From the NCBI GenBank assembly GCA_951406725.2, contig OX597820.1, positions 57,722,001 to 57,786,000 of the forward strand: a stretch of 64,000 bases of DNA, written 5' to 3'. The notes beneath the pieces are model-generated. The model saw nothing but the letters and a program-made list of their open reading frames with translations. It did not search any database and had not been told where the DNA came from. This document shows, piece by piece, positions 1 to 12,140 of the stretch. Every line of letters begins with the position of its first letter. The stretch's first letter is position 1. Position numbers and translations under genes: made by a program. The stretch is from Octopus vulgaris. Lineage: Eukaryota.

Positions 1-200
1 GTACTGGAAGAATCGTTAGGATATCAGGCAAGATGCTTAGCAGCATTTTGTCCGTACTTACGTTCTGAGTTCAAATTCCGTCGAAGTTGACTTTGCTTTT
101 CATCCTTTCAGTGTTGATAAAATAAGTACTAGATGAACGCTAGGACCCTCTCCACTCAAATTTTAGGCCTTGTTTCTACGGCTGAAAGGATTACTATTAT
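1..200 (+). mobile_element. SINE family A (tRNA-like head, GCCTTTCATCCTTTCGGGGTCGAT core), diverged copy
   Basis: B-box-like GAGTTCAAATTCC followed by a degenerate core matching many other copies in the window. Confidence 0.6.
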
Positions 201-630
201 TGAAAATGGCGACCTAGCAAAATCGTTAAGCAGGTCGGATAAAATGCTTAGCAGCATCTCTTCCGGCTTTTTTTTTGCTCAGAGTTCAAATTCTGCCTAG
301 GTTGTGTTTATGGGTGCAAAGATATAATTGGTTCTTACCCAAATATATCGTTGCACCCATAAACACATTTTTTCAGATCTGCCACTACCTACCTACCTTA
401 CGAATCCTCACAAAAGAAAAAAGAGAGACACAAAGAAAAAAGGAAGACTATGGAAATATTTACAAAACGTTTCATTGAATTTTTTCTTCAATCTGTTTTT
501 CTTCTTAATTCACCTTTGTTTTACTCTTAGTTGAAAAGTTGAAAAGACAGAAACCGGCACTCACCATTACAAATGTATTTCATGATAAAAATATTTTAGC
601 ATTTTCTACCTTGACGTAGATACACATGCA

Positions 631-661
<31 letters not shown>

Positions 662-691
662 CATACATACATACATACATACATACATACA

Positions 692-879
692 TACGAGCTG
701 GTGCTGAAAAGTTCCTGGCTTTGGTTAAAAGAAGATACAGGAGGATCAGTTAATTATGATTTTATTCAACATATTCTCCTCTCAGATTCATACAGTTATT
801 ATCGAGGTCCTGCAGCTTTTCTAAGCCCCGTAAAAGAACTTGGAATGTTGGTCCCCCAACTTTCCAGCACCCCCTTGTA
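692..879. mobile_element. Mariner-type MITE beside a (TACA)n tract
   Basis: Imperfect TIRs TACGAGCTGGTGCTGAAAAGTT / AACTTTCCAGCACCCCTTGTA with TA at both ends. Confidence 0.65.
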
Positions 880-979
880 CTTTCATACACTTATTTATCT
901 CGGATGCGATGGCTTGCAGTTACTCTTCTGACTCTTTGAGTTCTGCCAGTTATGCACGCGATGACATTAAATTAAGTAT

Positions 980-1190
980 CTCTGTCTTTGTCTTATCGTC
1001 CAAACCGCTTGACAATCGGTGTTGGCTTGTTTACGTCCCCGTAACTTAGCAGTTCGGTAAGAGAAACCGATAGAATATAATAATAATAATAATAAATACT
1101 GGAGTCAATTCATTCGACTTGAATCCTTCGAGTCAGTGCCCCAGCATGGCCGCAGTCCAATGACTGAAACAAGTAAAAATAAAAGATAAT
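980..1190 (+). mobile_element. SINE family B, 3' half
   Basis: CGCTTGACAA..TACGTCCCCGTAACTTAGC..GCATGGCCGCAGTC..TGACTGAAAC matches the full copies at 17299 and 53025. Confidence 0.7.
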
Positions 1191-2075
1191 AAAAACATTA
1201 AATCGTGAAGATGGTTCAAGATACAATGAGACCATTAGAGAATGGTACTTGATAAGTTTTTCTTGTCCACACCCACTATAAGAAATCTAAAGGGCGCGCC
1301 CTTCTGGCTGGAATCCATATTTATAGAGAGGTACAGTTTATTACTGTATGTAGTAGTTACAATGGATGATTAACATGTGCACCCTTATTTTATTGTAATG
1401 AATTGAAATTATGAAGATTTATCCTCCGTCGGCTTCGACGATGAGTAATCACTTGTTCGATCCACTGAACTACCTGTTAACTTTACGTGATAATGGCTGA
1501 GTATCCCTGAGACAATTATATATTTAACGCAATTCTTATACGGATTTAGTATGTGGCAACATGAGAAAAAGAGGGACCTTTGAATAAGCGATGTAATCCT
1601 GTTAGGTGACTAATTGGCTAAGTGTCTAGAATGTTGGATAGAATGCTTCGCTGTATATGTTGGAACTCTTTGTTTTGAGTCCAAATCCTGAAGGAGTCAA
1701 CTTTGTTTTTCATATTTTTGAGGTCTAGAAAAATGTACTCATCCATGACAACGGATTACCAAAATTGATAGATGGTCGGGTGAGATGGCTTGCAGTTACT
1801 GTTCTGACTCTTTGAGTTCTGACAGTTATGCTCGCGATGACATTAGGATCAAGCTGCATCGACCAAAGTCGGTAATCTTTCCTTTTAATAAACATCGGTG
1901 ACATAGAGAGAGAGGAGACTTACATGCGCAGGTAACTGCTAGTTTTTTCTTTAAAAATCTTACCAAGGCCTGCATACACATGTGCGAATGCAAGGTCAAC
2001 ATTTGACAAAGGACCTACACGTAATCCAGCCAAAGACTTCCACAAAGTTTGTGTATATCCAGTTCCACTCACTGT

Positions 2076-3098
2076 CATCATCATCATCGTTCGACCGTGG
2101 TCGAGACTTTCATAGTCTTTTCAAATGGCTAATAATGTGTGCGCTCGCCACTACTTCACACATTGGAAAGCATTGTACAACCAAGTACTAAAGAAGATCT
2201 TTCCTCCTCCATGAAACAAAGCTGTTCCCGCTGGACGTCAACCCAGTATTTCTAAGCTACGGACCCAGTGATTTATTGTAAGGTTATCTCCCTAGATAGA
2301 TTGCCTTCACTACGGCTAAGGAGCCCTTTCTACCCCATACTCACTGTACACGAGTCGAGGGGACGCATTGTAAATAATATTCTTTTCTATTCTAGGGACA
2401 AAGCACGAAATTTTGGGGGAAGGGGGCCTGTCGATTAGATCGACCCCACTACGCAACTGGTATTTAATTTATCGACTCCGAAGGATGAAATGTAAAGTCG
2501 ACCTCGGCAGAATTTGAACTCAGAACGTAAAAATAGACGAAATACCGCTAGGCATTTCGCCCAGCGTGCTAACGTTTCTTATTTTTTTATTGCCCAGAAG
2601 GGGCTAAACATAGAGGAGACAAACAAGGATAGACAAAGGAATTAAGTCGATTATATCGAACCCAATGCGTAACTGGTACTTATTTAATCGACCCCGACAC
2701 GATGAAAGGCAAAGTCAACCTCGGCGGAATTTGAACTCAGAACGTAGCAGCTGACGAAATACCTATTTCTTTACTACCCCCAAGGGGCTAAACACAGAGA
2801 GGACAAACAAGGACAGACAAACGGATTAAGTTGATTACATCGACCCCAGTGCGTAACTGGTACTTAATTTATCGACCACGAAAGGATGAAAGGCAAAGTC
2901 GACCTCGGCGGAATTTGAACTCAAAACGTAACGGCAGACGAAATACGGCTACGCATTTCGCCCGGCGTGCTAACGTTTCTGCCAGCTCGCCGCCTTCATT
3001 GTAAATAATATTGTTTACTCAATGTACCGCGCATTGGGATTGCACTTGGTACTTCGTGATTACAAAGCAAACTTCTTAACCACTCTGCTATGCCTGCA
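2076..3098 (-). mobile_element. tRNA-headed SINE with RTE-like body, interrupted by a family A SINE
   Basis: tRNA-like head near 3040-3098; RTE 5'UTR-like CTCCTTAGCC..GGCAA..CTAGG motif near 2285-2325; (GAT)n tail near 2076. Confidence 0.5.
2382..2996 (-). mobile_element. SINE family A, three-core multimer with 16-bp TSD
   Basis: Head GGCGGCGAGCTGGCAGAAACGTTAGC at 2996; three internal cores; TSD CATTGTAAATAATATT at 2366-2381 and 2997-3012. Confidence 0.85.
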
Positions 3099-3589
3099 TC
3101 CTTACGACATAGTCTATTTATGTTCGATACATTCAAATTTCAAGTACTGCAGGGTTTGTAGTCATCTTTATGATTTTGTTTTATAAGGCAATAATGCATT
3201 AGGAAATTATTAAACGATGTCCGAACACATTTTTTTATGTCTTGTCTAGTATTTGCGGCACAAAGGCTTTATCTCATTGCTTGAGTCTACAAAATCGTAA
3301 AGAAGAAAATTTTTACAAGCATTTTTTTTTTTCAATATATTTTTTTATCTTTTACTTGTTTCAGTCATTGAACTGAAGCCATGCTGGGTTCCACTTGAAC
3401 AGTTTTGTCGAAGAAATCGGTGCAGTGGCCAAGTGAAAACTTTCTCTTCTTAATATAGTGTATTTAGAATATGTATGGAAGTAGTATTTTGCTCGCGGGC
3501 AATATTTCGCCAGCATCTAAATTTGAAATTGCTTATTTACAAAGTGTCCAAAATCCGCTTTGAAAAATGAATAAATAATAAAAAATGCG

Positions 3590-3831
3590 CCCTCTTAGAG
3601 CCTATCCGGGCTCATGGGCCCGGATTCCCGGTTTCAATGGCGTATGTGTTCCCCAGCTGGACGGGACGCCAGTTCATCGCAGCGTTACTCATTTTTGCCA
3701 GATGAGTGGATTGGAGCAACGTGAAATGAAGTGTTTTGCTTAAGAACACAACGCGTCGCCCGGTCCAGGAATCGAAACCACAATCTTACGATTATGATGC
3801 TGACACCCTAACCACTAAGCCACGCGCCTCC
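3590..3831 (-). mobile_element. tRNA-derived SINE with V-domain-like segment
   Basis: A-box TGGCTTAGTGG and B-box GGTTTCGATTCC; CTGCGATGAACTGGCGTCCCGTCCAG resembles the V-SINE domain. Confidence 0.7.
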
Positions 3832-4804
3832 ACAAATGAATAACAAATAGATGAATAAACTAAAACGTTTAAAACTTAAGGATCAAAATAGTAATTCAAT
3901 ACGTTTCATACAATTGAATTTATACAATTAAAGGTTCATTACTTTTCTCTGTACAACTGCATCTTCCCATATGTTCTTATGCATTTATAATTCCCCAATG
4001 ATATTTAAAAAAAAGGAGTCCTGCGCTTCTGATCTGGTAAAGCCAGCTTGGCAGTTTACACAACTGGCTTTCTTTCTTCGAGTAGTATCCTCATGGTAGA
4101 TTTTGACTTCGACATCGCACGCCATCTCTGAAACACTACCCGCTTCCCAGCGATTAAACTCTGCCACCTTGTGGTACGAAATTGCGGTAGGGTGGTCTGA
4201 ACTGTTGAAGATTTGGTGACATCGTCACCATGGTGTTAACGTAGTACCGGAGACAGGAAACGAACTATTGACATTCACGCTGTTGGACGACCGGCTACCT
4301 TATTGACTCGGGCCAGCTGTCACTCTCTGCTAGCCACTATATTATATTCGCAGTTAAATTAATGTGATGGGCTGAGGTGAGGTGGTGTGGTGTGGTGGGT
4401 TTTGGACGGGCTGGTGATACGGAGTGAACACGTAGGTTTCAAATGAAGAAGAAAAGAATAATGTTCTCACATGAATATCATTATAAGCAACAGGAAGTGA
4501 ACGTAAAGTAAACAATAGGCTGCGAATGTTTCTGGAAAAGACCGAAGAAAGAAGAAAAGAAGAACCGGATTAATCGATTTGGCATATGACATATAAGTAT
4601 TTCACGGAAATATGGGGGGCTTAGTGGCTGGATATAATGGATATTTCTGCAAAAACTCAGAGGATGACTTAAAACTAGAAATAACATTACTTTAAGTAAA
4701 AACAGTTGGAAAAACTTTCGCTTATTCTCTCAACCTACATCCGGTATATTAAAATTTACGACAAGTGGTATTCATTGAAAAAACACAAAAATACAAAATG
4801 AAAC

Positions 4805-4824
4805 ATATATATATATATATATAT

Positions 4825-4878
<54 letters not shown>

Positions 4879-5091
4879 ATACGTATGTATGTATGTATGT
4901 ATGTATGTATGTATATGTATGTATATATGTATGTATATGTATATATATATATATACATAAAAGGACGAGGGTTGAAATATTCTCGAGTCGAAGATTATAT
5001 GAAATAATTGAATCAAAGTCAAAGGCTTGCTATTACAGATGGGGTGTGTTGTGCTGGCTAAAGGTCCCTAATCTAAAAAGCCGAGAACCAA

Positions 5092-5139
<48 letters not shown>

Positions 5140-5650
5140 GATAAAAAAGAGTGGGTGGGAGGTGGACGGCAGTTTAGTAAAGAAAAAAGGAAAGGAGGGG
5201 AAAAATAAGAAAAAAGAGGAAAATAGTAATTAATCCCTAAGAGACTGTAAGAAGAAACTAAGGTTAGTTAAAGTTTTGTTTTGATTGAATTATTTATTAC
5301 TAAAGGTTGTTTTTTATTTGTTTTATTTTCCCCCATATATCATAACAGGTTGTCTAAGAAAAGACGTGGGGGTGCTTAATGTGAAAACTTATACACACAC
5401 ACACACACACACATACGCACACATGTACACGCGCGAACACACACGTCACACAAACGTATGTATATACACAAACACATATGTGCACATATGGAGGTATATT
5501 TTTATCTTTTTCTATATATGTGTACATAAATATATGGACATTTATGTATACATGAATACATAAACACATATATAAATACACACACACACACACATACATA
5601 TATATGCATATGTATATATAAACACATACGTATATGCATATGTATATATT

Positions 5651-5683
<33 letters not shown>

Positions 5684-5813
5684 GCATATATATATGTATA
5701 TACACACACACACACACACACACATACACACATATATATATATATATATGTATATACATATATATATATATTATATATATATATATATATGCATTTATAT
5801 ATGTATATATATA

Positions 5814-5855
<42 letters not shown>

Positions 5856-5857
5856 AA

Positions 5858-5893
<36 letters not shown>
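4805..5893. repeat. Compound (TA)n/(CA)n/(TATG)n microsatellite region with short unique inserts
   Basis: Directly visible; source of the YIYI/HTHT ORFs. Confidence 0.9.
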
Positions 5894-5894
<1 letters not shown>

Positions 5895-6064
5895 ACATAG
5901 TCAACATAGGCAAGTACAAAAGTATCAAATGCCACACAACTTAAATTCTAGATTTATTAAAATTATCGCTGCTTCTATAGGATGTGCTATAATTACGAAA
6001 TGGTAATTGTGAACAGCTTCAATGAATGGGGGAGATAATTACAAGAATCATATATTCTCCAAAG

Positions 6065-6105
6065 ATGACATGTCATTAAGAAAAATGGCGGCATTCTCTG
6101 TGTGT

Positions 6106-6157
<52 letters not shown>

Positions 6158-6198
6158 ACACACAGAGAATGCCGCCATTTTTCTTAATGACATGTCAT
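6065..6198. repeat. Perfect palindrome with a (TA)n centre
   Basis: ATGACATGTCATTAAGAAAAATGGCGGCATTCTCTGTGTGTGGA-(TA)n followed by its exact reverse complement. Confidence 0.9.
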
Positions 6199-6205
6199 AT
6201 ATATA

Positions 6206-6604
6206 TATATTAAATGTGTGTATAAGAGTTAGACACCGAGGGAAAGCCACTAAGTGGTTTTCCATCACGCTAGAAATGGGAGTTAAATCTCAAACCACGG
6301 GTGCGTTATGTATTCGACTTTTTGTATTTACACGTCAATAGAGATTCTCGCTGATGAGCTATAAACGATTTAATGCAATGATTGATTGATTGATTAATTA
6401 ATTAGTGTATTTTATCCTTAAGGGCGAAATTTTGAAGTACGGGGATGACTAATTCTCTCAAACTGTTCTACCCGCCTACATCCAACGTGCCAAAGTAAGA
6501 ATAACTTTTTCGTGATTTGGGATCTAACTCCCATCTCTAGAGTGATAGAAAACCACTTAGTGGCTTTCCCTCGGTGTATAATCCCTATATACACATATAA
6601 TATA
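6206..6604 (+). mobile_element. Fold-back element in (TA)n (~94-bp diverged arms) enclosing a hammerhead motif; PLE/retrozyme-like
   Basis: 6206-6299 is an imperfect reverse complement of 6511-6604; HHR lies in the spacer. Confidence 0.7.
6344..6446 (+). ncRNA. Type I hammerhead ribozyme motif, canonical core, long loop 2
   Basis: Stem I ATTCTCG/CGGGGAT; CTGATGA 6351-6357; stem II GCT/GGC; GAAA 6426-6429; short stem III; GTA site ending at 6439. Confidence 0.7.
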
Positions 6605-6708
6605 ATAATATTTGCAGTCTACGGACATTTGTACTCACAGTGGCCACTGGTAAAAAATTAGTATTTAATTTGTACCTTATATTTAAAATTTATATATATA
6701 TATATATA

Positions 6709-7998
6709 TTGGGTTGGGTAACTAAGTTCCCGTGGTTTTTTAAAATTTGAATTTTTTAAAAGGTTTAATAAAAAATAACAACTAATTAATCAATAATGTA
6801 TTCACCCTTGTTGTTTACAACGTCTTCCCAACGTTCAACAAGATTTTCAATACCTCCTTGGTAGAAATCGCCCGATTTCGACTCGAAAAATTGATCCAAC
6901 CGAGCTCTCAATTCTGCATCAGTATTGAACGAAACTCCGCGCATAGCATTTGAAAGAGATCGAAAGAGGTAGAAATTCGTTGGTGCCAAATCAGAAGAGT
7001 ACGGCGGGTGTGGCAGCACTTCCCAACCATGCGTTTGAATGACTTCCTTGGTCATACTGGCGATATGAGGGCGGGCGTTGTCATGCAGCAGAACTACATG
7101 CTTAGGATTAGGTCTTTTCTCTTGAATAGCCGTGTTGAGTCGTCCCATCTGTTGAACATAGAGTCCCGCGTTGACCGTTTGGTTCCATTCAAGCAATTCA
7201 TAATGGATAATCCCTTCCCAGTCCCACCATACGCACAACATCGTTTTATGCGGATGAAGATCTTGTTTCACGCGCTGTGTCGCTTGTTTACTGGGGCTAA
7301 GCCATTCCTTACGCTGCTTCATATTGGTGTACAGGCACCAATTTTTGTCGCCAGTAACGATTCGGTAAAGAAATCGTTGCTTCTGTCCACGAGTTGAGCG
7401 GTGACGAGCAAACAAACCAGCGGAAAGTGTGGCTCGTTGATTTTTGTTGTCGCTTAAAGCATGCAGAACCCAAGTCCATACTTCTGAACCTTTCCCATCG
7501 AGTGAAGATGCTTCTCTATAGCAGTGTGGGGGAATTCCATTTTCTCTGCCAGTTCCCTTGTCGTTAGACGAGAATTTTCGTGCAAAAGTTGGTTTAATCG
7601 CTCTTCATCGAGCTCAACTGGACGGCTAGAACGAGGTACGTCTTTGAAATCAAAATTTCCATTTTTGAACTTGGCATACCAATCACGAGCGGTTCTTTCA
7701 GTGATGGCACCCTCTCCATACACAGTACAAATGTCGTGAGCAGCTTTTGCAGCCTTAGAACCTTGATTAAAAGCAAAAAGAGGGAGGTGTCGAAAATGGT
7801 CGTTTACCTTAACGCCATTCCATTTTAATGATCTGAAAATAAAAAAAAAACAAAAAAAAAAACTAAAATTAACTAGAAAAAAAACAAACAACAACAACAA
7901 AATAGATTCCAAAATGATTCAAAAATAGAATTCTCGAAAAAAAATAGAAAAAGGCGCAATAAATTCCAAAATATAAAAAGACGGGAACTTAGTTGCCA

Positions 7999-8004
<6 letters not shown>
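6709..8004 (-). mobile_element. Near full-length mariner (DD34D-type) DNA transposon, ~1.3 kb, in a (TA)n tract
   Basis: TIRs TTGGGTTGGGTAACTAAGTTCCCGT / ACGGGAACTTAGTTGCCAACCCTA; TA flanks; transposase inside. Confidence 0.95.
6786..7823 (-). pseudogene. Mariner transposase, frameshifted
   Basis: N-terminal HTH region (HFRHL..ICTVYGEGAITERT..WYAKFKNG) in ORF 7454-7912; catalytic motifs IVTGD, HDNARPH and YSSDLAPTN (third Asp reads Asn) in ORF 6786-7415; the halves are in different frames. Confidence 0.92.
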
Positions 8005-8029
<25 letters not shown>

Positions 8030-8461
8030 CATAGCGATGAAAGCTGTATATTAGCAGCAAAAGGTAATCTTTATATCCAACTTAACGTGGATGTCTTGTC
8101 CGAACGCCATATACTGCGGTATTTGGCGCATGGTGCATAAAAGTTATGTCGTATTTCGTAGTAGACGTAAATCCTCTGTTGCTGGCGCCGGAAATAGCAG
8201 GTCACGTGATATCGACTTTGGTTCATGACTTGTACTTTATTTCATCGACTTCCACACACGAACGGGTGAAAAGCAAAGTTAGCTTCTGCGTGGTTTGAAC
8301 TCAGAGCGTAAAGTGGCCAAACTTAAATACTGCTAAGCATTTTATCCAACGCCTTAAAGATTTCGCTAATGTATTGCCTTTTTGATTGCAAGGCCAGAAA
8401 TTTTGTGGCAGGAAGCTGTTCATTATATTTACACCAGTGTTTTTTTTTTGTTTTTATTTTT

Positions 8462-8850
8462 ATATACTTGTTTCAGTCATTTGAGTGCGGCCATGCTAGA
8501 GCACCGTTCTGAAGGGTTTTAGTCCAATAAATTGACCCTAGGACTTATTTCTTAAGCTTAGTACTTATTCTGTCGGTTTCTTTTGCCGAACCGCTAAGTT
8601 ACGGGGATGCAAACACCAACACCGGTTGTCAAGTGGTGATGGGGGAACTAAGACTCTCACCTCCACTATATATATATATATACGATAGGCTTCTTTCAGT
8701 TTCTGTCTGCCAGATCCACTCCTCACAAGGCTTTGGTGGGCCCGAAGCTATAGAAGCTATAGCAGAAGACACTAGCCCAAGGTGCCACGCATTGAGACTG
8801 CACCCGAAACATGTGGTTGAGAAGCAAGTCTCTTACTACACAGCCCCACC
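8462..8850 (-). mobile_element. SINE family B with internal (TA)n
   Basis: Reverse-complement match to the 17299-17757 copy. Confidence 0.8.
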
Positions 8851-9047
8851 CCTACATCTATTGAATATTTTATGGACCCACGAGGAGGGTAAAATTTCTG
8901 AGTTCAGATATTATCAACCTAGGGTGGGGAATTCCAACTTCGTTTCGTGATTCGCTACCTCAACAGTGCCTTTATAGGATCCAGTGGCTAAAGACATCAT
9001 TAGGAGGAACCACGTCCGGTTTCGGCCTCTACCGTTTTCGACGTGAT

Positions 9048-9126
9048 GGGGCTGCTATCCTTTCGGAGGTGTCGGGGCTCCCATCCTTTCGGAGGGGGCG
9101 GGGCTCCCATCCTTTCGGAGGTGTCT
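9048..9126. repeat. Three ~26-bp GC-rich tandem units
   Basis: GGGGCTCCCATCCTTTCGGAGG(T/G)G(T/G)C x3, first unit slightly diverged. Confidence 0.8.
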
Positions 9127-9892
9127 TCAGCTCTGGTGTTGAGTGTGTTTTTTCTTTCTCCCTTTTTTTTGGGCTTTTTTGTTATTTGGTTTCTTCGATG
9201 CAGCGACAACGAATGTCAGCGGGCGAATGACCATCCTGCCAAATTTCCCTTTAAATACTCGCCTTTAAATACAGCAGTCAGCACCAGCTGTCATGTGACA
9301 CTATGTAAGCTTCAACTGACCAATGGAGGGAAAAGTTGAAGTAGACGTAAATCGTCTGTTATTGTTGCCGGTACTTTAGCTCAGAACATGAAGAGACACA
9401 AATGTAGCTAAATATCACAGGACAAGTTCGTTCCTTAACCAATTCTGCTACTCTGCTGCTCTAAAGTTTATAATTTATTCTTTATGCTATAAAACCTGAA
9501 ATTTTAGAAAAGTGAGATAGTCAATTATATTATATCGATCCTAATGCTTAATTGGATTTTATTTTATGAACCCTGGAAGAATGTCAGGCAAAGTGAACTT
9601 TGGCGAAATATGAACTCGGAACTTAAAGCCTGAAAAAATACCGCTAACCATTTTGTCTGTCTAAAGTTCTTAATTAATGTTGATTAATCACATAACTGGT
9701 TTCAAATTTTGGCACGTTTCGGGTCGGAGTTAAGTTGATTACATCGATCCCAGAGCTCAGCTGGCATTTGTTTTATCAACCTCGAGAAATGAAAGGCAAG
9801 GTCAACTTCGGTGAAATTTGAACTCAGAACGTAAAAGAGGAAGAAATACCGCTAAGCATTTTGTCCGTCTAAAGTTCCTAATTGGTTTATGT

Positions 9893-10218
9893 GAAGGCGC
9901 GTGGCTTAGTGGTTAGAGCATTCGGCTCATGATTGTAAGGTCATGAGTTCGATTCCCGGCGACGCGTTGTGTCCTTGATCAAAATATTTTATTTTACGTT
10001 GCTCCAGTCCACTCAGCTGGCAAAAATGAGTTGTACCTGTATTTCAAAAGGGCCAGCCTTGTCACACTTTGTGTCACGCTGAATCTCCCTGAGAACTACG
10101 TTAGGAGTACACGTGTCTGTGGCTTGCTCAGCCACTTGCACGTTAATTTCACGAGCAAGCGGTTCCGTTGATGATCGTATCAGCTAGGACCCTCGTCGTC
10201 GCAACCGACGGAGTGCTA
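9893..10218 (+). mobile_element. SINE family C (tRNA head, CORE-like box, CTCCAGTCCACTCAGCTG motif)
   Basis: GGCGCGTGGCTTAGTGGTTAGAGC...GAGTTCGATTCC; head related to copies at 37815, 41690 and 52353. Confidence 0.8.
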
Positions 10219-10489
10219 CCAATTGGTTCATATAGCACAATTAATGTTGATTTATAACAAAGACACAAGATCGTATATTTTACGATAGGGCAAAACTAAT
10301 TTTGGTCGACGCTCGTTCTTGATTGTTATTTTACAGACATTGAAACCCGCAAATCGGAAGTCACAATGTTGTATATTCGAATTCATGACACTAAAAAGAG
10401 ACGTAAATAAATGGAGCAAAGAAATTTGTCCGCTCCGCTGCTGTACGCTACGCTTTCTACTGTTTCTTTTATTTAAAAAATTTTTGCTT

Positions 10490-10850
10490 TTATTTGTTTC
10501 AGTTACTGGACTACGGTCATGTTGGGGCATCGCCTTGGTGAGTTTTAGTCGAACAGTTCGCCCTCAGGACATATATTCTATCGATTCTGTATTGTCGAAA
10601 CATTAAGTTATAGGACATACAATGGCAACCAATACCGGTTGTCATTGGTGGAGGAATAGCATAGACACAAAGGCATGCGCGCACATTCATATACGTCGTG
10701 CTTCCACCCAGTTTCCTGCAATCAAATTCACCCACAAGGATTGGGCCGGGGCTATAGCAGAGGACACTTGCCTAACGTGCCGCTACGTATGAAAGGACCT
10801 GAAGCCACGTGGCTGCAAAGCGAGCTTCTTAACTATGCAGGTATGTCTGC
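10490..10850 (-). mobile_element. SINE family B, diverged
   Basis: Similarity to other family B copies. Confidence 0.65.
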
Positions 10851-11009
10851 ACCTACACAGCCATACTTACACCTATATAGCCTATGTATAATTGATATTG
10901 GTTTCAAATTTTAGCACAAGACCAGCAGTTTCGGGTGTGGAGACTAGTCGATTATAATCGACACTAGTGTACAAAAGGTACTTATTTTACCAACTCCTAA
11001 GGATGAAAG

Positions 11010-11589
11010 CACTCCGTCACGTGACTTTTAGAGGTACCCTGCAACTTTTTTTAGTTCGAGGCCCTATCCCTTCCGTCAAAATTCATTATCTTCGCACCTT
11101 TTATTCACAGCTCTATTTTGCTTTATTCTATTTCAAGTTCAAGATTTCACGTTATCCTAAAGAACAGGTTGAAAAGTACAAATTAAAAGTACAAGTTATT
11201 TAGGTCTATTACAAATTTCAATAAATAAAACTTCCAGATATGAATAAAAGAGCACTTTTATAATCCAGACAACTTTCAAAGACAAACATGGCGCACTTTT
11301 CGCTTCGCGAAATCATCGATCAGTTCAGAATAATGAAGCCGAGAACTGAATTCGTGTTCGATAGATATCATAGAAAATTCTCAAAGTCTGGTGCACGTTC
11401 ATGGTACAATGGTACAAGAACTTTGCAGGTACAGTTGAAATTTTCAGTTAACATAGTTTAATTCATGTTCAACATCTTAACCAAAGTAAATAGATAACTC
11501 ATCTACGTACTTTGATATTAACATGGGGCCTCGCAACCGCGGAGATCCCTCGTGACCGTAGGGGTTGCAGGGGCTTAGTCACGGCCCTG
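11010..11589. mobile_element. Probable hAT-type non-autonomous element inside a family A SINE
   Basis: Splits the SINE motif GGATGAAAG|GCAAAG; near 8-bp duplication GATGAAAG/GATGGAAG; right end AGTCACGGCCCTG. Confidence 0.45.
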
Positions 11590-12140
11590 GATGGAAGGCA
11601 AGGTCGATCCTAGCTGCATTTGAATTCAGAACGTAAAGACGGACGAAATCCGCTACGTATTTTGTTTGCCCAGCGCGCTGACAATTCTGCCAACTTGCCA
11701 CACAAAATTTATAATCAATATTGGTTTAAAATTTTGGCACAAGGTCAGCAGTTTTGGTGGGGAGGGGCTAAGTCGATTAAATCGACTTCACTGCCTAACT
11801 GGTACTTATTTCATCGATCCGGAAAGGAAGAAAAGCAAAGACGATCTCGAAGGAATATGAATTCAGAACGTAGAGACAGAAGAAATGCCGCCAAGCGTTT
11901 TGCCCAGCGTTCTAACAATTCTGCCAGCCCGCCGCCTTAAATCAATAATTAATATTGATTTCAAATTTTGGCATAGGGATCGCAATTTCGGATGAGGGGG
12001 TAAGTCGATTACATCGATACCAGCGTTCAACTGGTACTTATTTTATCGACCCCGAAAGGATAAAAATGCTAAGTTGACCTCGGTGGAATTTGAACTCAGA
12101 ACGTAAAGACGATGTGCTAGGGATTCTGCCAACTCGCCGC
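11590..12140 (-). mobile_element. Tandem cluster of family A SINE copies
   Basis: Three successive TGAA(C/T)TCAGAACGTA..TTCTGCCA units. Confidence 0.75.

Noticed and set aside
3985-4350. Possible exon or LTR-retrotransposon gag remnant
   Set aside because: GC-richer, but all frames are interrupted and no convincing motif; needs a translated search
5230-5272. CCTAAGAGAC..GAAAC as a decayed hammerhead
   Set aside because: Core and stem II too degenerate to distinguish from chance
9893-9965. tRNA gene (also at other SINE heads)
   Set aside because: A/B boxes present but no full cloverleaf; continues into a SINE body
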